The notes under the pieces are model-generated. The model had not been told where the DNA came from, searched no databases, and saw only the letters and a program-made list of their open reading frames with translations. A stretch of 32,000 nucleotides of DNA from Fibrobacter succinogenes subsp. succinogenes S85 (GTDB taxonomy: Bacteria; Fibrobacterota; Fibrobacteria; Fibrobacterales; Fibrobacteraceae): NCBI RefSeq assembly GCF_000146505.1, contig NC_017448.1, forward strand, positions 2,550,001 to 2,582,000, in the 5' to 3' direction. This document shows, piece by piece, positions 29,489 to 32,000 of this stretch. A program made the position numbers and the translations under genes. Every line of letters starts with the position of its first letter. Position 1 is the first letter of the stretch.

Positions 29489-30430
29489 ATGTTAAAGCCC
29501 GTACCCGATAAGAATCTGATTCAAATCCAGAATACAGATTTCTTTTCTCATTATATGTTGCAAAATAAAACTGGGACGGGACATCTACTAACGTATAACG
29601 TATTGCCTGGGCTGCAAGTCTTCTACAGCAATTTCCACCTCAAGGAATTTACTTTCAACTTTGAAAATCAAGGCAAGAACTTGATTGTGCTTCATTGCCA
29701 TAACGGCAGCGCAGAATGGCTGAATTCGGATTCCATGCCGAAATCCATGGAAGAGAATGGCCTCGTTTTGCTCGACAATATGCCGGCCAGCAAGACGTTC
29801 AAATTCCCGGTGCATTGCTACCATGGCATTGCGGTCGTGTTCTCGATGGACCGCTGCCAATGTGAACTCATGAATATGTTTAAGGCGGTCGGTGTTGACT
29901 TTGCAGCCCTTATCGAAAAAATCCAGCCGCTTACACTTCCGCTGAAACTCCCGTCTAGCGAGCACGTGAGCCATATTTTCTCGGAACTCTACAGGCTTCC
30001 GAAAAACATCCGCTTGCCGTATTTCAAAATCAAAGTGCTCGAGCTTATCCTCTTCTTGAGCCGTCTCGATTCCGAAGCCAAGTACGAAACGGCGGCGCTG
30101 ATCCCAAGCGCTTACAAAGGCAAAATGGAACTCCTGCGCGAAATTCTCCGCGAAAATGTCGAAGAGCATTTGACGCTTGAACAGCTTTCCAAGCAAATCG
30201 AAATGAGCCCGACGCAAATGAAAAAGTATTTCAAGCTGGCGTACGGCGATTCCATTTATTCGTACCTCAAGACGTACCGCATGAAAAAAGCCACCCAGCT
30301 TTTGCTAGATGGCAAATTCAATGTCGCCGAAGTCGCAAGCCGCGTGGGCTATACAAACTCCAGCAAGTTCGCGCAAGCATTCAAGGAATACACCGGCTGC
30401 TCGCCCAAGGAATATAAGAACAAGACCTAA
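29489..30430 (+). CDS. AraC-family transcriptional regulator
   Basis: C-terminal double HTH LTLEQLSKQIEMSPTQMKKYFKLAYGDSIYSYLKTYRMKKATQLLLDGKFNVAEVASRVGYTNSSKFAQAFKEYTGCSPKEYK. I do not recognise the N-terminal sensor domain. Confidence 0.9.
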   Translation: MLKPVPDKNLIQIQNTDFFSHYMLQNKTGTGHLLTYNVLPGLQVFYSNFHLKEFTFNFENQGKNLIVLHCHNGSAEWLNSDSMPKSMEENGLVLLDNMPASKTFKFPVHCYHGIAVVFSMDRCQCELMNMFKAVGVDFAALIEKIQPLTLPLKLPSSEHVSHIFSELYRLPKNIRLPYFKIKVLELILFLSRLDSEAKYETAALIPSAYKGKMELLREILRENVEEHLTLEQLSKQIEMSPTQMKKYFKLAYGDSIYSYLKTYRMKKATQLLLDGKFNVAEVASRVGYTNSSKFAQAFKEYTGCSPKEYKNKT

Positions 30431-30457
30431 TCCGTGGCGCATCTCGCCGCATCTCGT

Positions 30458-32000
30458 TTAAGCGTCGTCTTTTTCCGTGTCGCTTTCGGCGTGCTTCTCT
30501 TCGTGCGTTTCTTCATCACGGCTAAGCGGTCTATGTTCGGCAATCTTGATTTCACGCTTGTTGATGTACATATTCTTATCGGCCTTGTTGAACGTCTCTT
30601 CAATCGTCGTTCCCTTGGCGTAAGATGCAATTCCAAGTCCGCAAGCAATTGAAATCTGTTTCCACGGGAACGAAGCGTTTTTAGTCAAGTCCATGCTTTC
30701 CTTGAGTTGTGTCATAAGCTCGGAGTGATTTTCTAAATCCCTGCCCGTAAGGACTACCAGGAATTCGTCGCCGCCAATTCTAAAGACGGGGCTGTGCGTG
30801 AAAATCTGGCAAATCAGCTTGCAGGAATTCACAAGATAGGCGTTTCCGTTTTCATGGCTGTAAGTGTCGTTGATTTCCTTGAGGTTGTTCGTGTCGAGAA
30901 CTGCGATGCCGTACGATTTCACCTCGCCTCTTTCAATGCGGTCCTTGAGCTCGGAAAGGTAGCTGTCATAAGCCATCTTGTTGCGCACGCCTGTGAGCGA
31001 GTCTTGGAAGGCGAGTCCCTGCATTTGCTTCATGTGCTGGATGATGTGGAATTTTGCGGCCGCAAAGCTCTTAGCAAGTTCTCCAATTTCATCATTCTGC
31101 TTGATGTTGAATTCGGCGTTCATGTCACCGGTAATCATCTTCTTTGCTTCTTTCGTGAGCTCCTTGAGCGGCTTTGTAATGCTTCTCGAGAAGAAAATCG
31201 TGATGGCGGTTGTGAATGCAAGGAGGAGTAAAATAAAGATGATGCTTTGTCTGATGTGCCTATTTCGCTGGGCGTTGATTTCAAGAATCGGTGCTACAGT
31301 AACTAGGTTCATCCCGTTAATAAGAGGTGTTGATAACATAATCTGGTCTTCTTCTGGCTTGAATGTTAGACCGTTGGGGAGGGTGGGGTGGTAAAGCACA
31401 AAGCCCTCACTATCTTCCAAGAAGGCAAAACCGCTTTGCATAAAGTGCACCTGTGAAAGCTGCTTGGTCATTCCGTCAAAGTCAATGTCGATGCCTGCGA
31501 CGCCAATTTCCTTGTTGTCCAGGAACATCGGAATAACGTAAGAGATGATATAAGCGTTGATGTTCTTGTTGTAGTAAGGCGGAAGCCAAATCGGATTTCC
31601 TGTCATGATCGGCTTGTAGTACCATCCTACATGTTCTACATCCGATGGGCTGTATTGCTTGATGTTTGTAGTAGCGTGGTTTTCGAACATCCCGTTGGAT
31701 GGATTTCGGACGAGGTAAACTCCTTCGCTGGAGTGTGTGATGTCCGGGTTGAATCTGACAAATACGCTTTTTGTGTTAGAGAGGCTGCTTATGGTTGACT
31801 TAAGACGTTCTCTAATGCCATTGATGTTTCTAGACAAATTGTTAGGGTTCGTCAAAAAGGTTGAATCGTCCTTGATCTGGGAAAAAACGCCCGCAGCCGC
31901 AGCCATCGTGTATTTTTCGTGGGATTCAAACAGATTGTTCAGCTTGGCAGCTTCGCTGTTGGCCTGGTCCCGCATGTATTGCATGGAGTTGCGCTGAGTC
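30458..32000 (-). CDS. Diguanylate cyclase with periplasmic Cache-like sensor, HAMP and GGDEF domains; the N-terminus probably lies beyond the right edge
   Basis: TM segment IIFILLLLAFTTAITIFF, HAMP (SITKPLKELTKEAKKMITGD) and the GGDEF active site RIGGDEF. The frame stays open from the track start (31984) to position 32000. The expected N-terminal TM helix preceding a Cache domain is missing, so the gene is likely 5'-truncated by the window. Confidence 0.88.
   Translation of the reverse strand, partial: TQRNSMQYMRDQANSEAAKLNNLFESHEKYTMAAAAGVFSQIKDDSTFLTNPNNLSRNINGIRERLKSTISSLSNTKSVFVRFNPDITHSSEGVYLVRNPSNGMFENHATTNIKQYSPSDVEHVGWYYKPIMTGNPIWLPPYYNKNINAYIISYVIPMFLDNKEIGVAGIDIDFDGMTKQLSQVHFMQSGFAFLEDSEGFVLYHPTLPNGLTFKPEEDQIMLSTPLINGMNLVTVAPILEINAQRNRHIRQSIIFILLLLAFTTAITIFFSRSITKPLKELTKEAKKMITGDMNAEFNIKQNDEIGELAKSFAAAKFHIIQHMKQMQGLAFQDSLTGVRNKMAYDSYLSELKDRIERGEVKSYGIAVLDTNNLKEINDTYSHENGNAYLVNSCKLICQIFTHSPVFRIGGDEFLVVLTGRDLENHSELMTQLKESMDLTKNASFPWKQISIACGLGIASYAKGTTIEETFNKADKNMYINKREIKIAEHRPLSRDEETHEEKHAESDTEKDDA

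Noticed and set aside
30431-30457. 10-bp direct repeat gcatctcg-cc-gcatctcg between the convergent AraC and GGDEF stops, considered as a possible terminator or regulatory site
   Set aside because: It is a direct repeat, not an inverted one, so it forms no hairpin. Two copies in 27 bp can arise by chance or local duplication, and I see no functional context.
1-32000. Looked for rRNA, tRNA or tmRNA genes and for transposase, integrase or prophage genes that would mark a mobile island
   Set aside because: No cloverleaf-compatible sequence appeared in the intergenic regions I folded by eye. No ORF has recombinase or transposase motifs. The AT-rich islet and the R-M locus therefore lack direct mobility evidence within this window.

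Overview
This is a 32-kb chromosomal window from a diderm (Gram-negative-type) bacterium. The lipoprotein signal peptides and the many GTCAY-type intergenic palindromes remind me of Fibrobacter or other FCB-group genomes, but that is an unverified guess. I found no rRNA, tRNA, CRISPR array, transposase or integrase. Left third (minus strand): a DUF1016/YhcG PD-(D/E)xK nuclease gene, open at the window edge and missing from the ORF track, lies downstream of a complete type I restriction-modification operon, hsdM-hsdS-hsdR. Two REP-like palindromes separate hsdM from hsdS. A 637-bp gene-free region follows (6322-6958). It holds at least four more REP-like palindromes, a textbook G-quadruplex motif and a nested inverted-repeat structure. 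Middle: LysR regulator, GNAT acetyltransferase, an AT-rich islet (a two-repeat lipoprotein divergent from a COG1672-type AAA ATPase with a DUF234 nuclease-like tail), ZIP metal transporter, lipoprotein alpha/beta hydrolase and SAM methyltransferase. Right half: a large metal/iron-acquisition locus. It starts with a heterodimeric exporter-fold ABC pair on the minus strand. A plus-strand gene string diverges from it: lipoprotein, TonB-dependent receptor, feoA, feoB, tonB, exbB, exbD, MMPL-type RND pump, LolA-like periplasmic protein, outer-membrane beta-barrel, then an AraC regulator. A Cache-HAMP-GGDEF diguanylate cyclase converges at the right edge. The most interesting candidate for an undescribed system is the RND + LolA-like + barrel triad packed directly behind tonB-exbBD inside the iron locus. 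Several ORF-track starts are TTG/GTG extensions, and I re-called them to internal ATGs. The many long antisense ORFs are codon-aligned shadows of the real genes.
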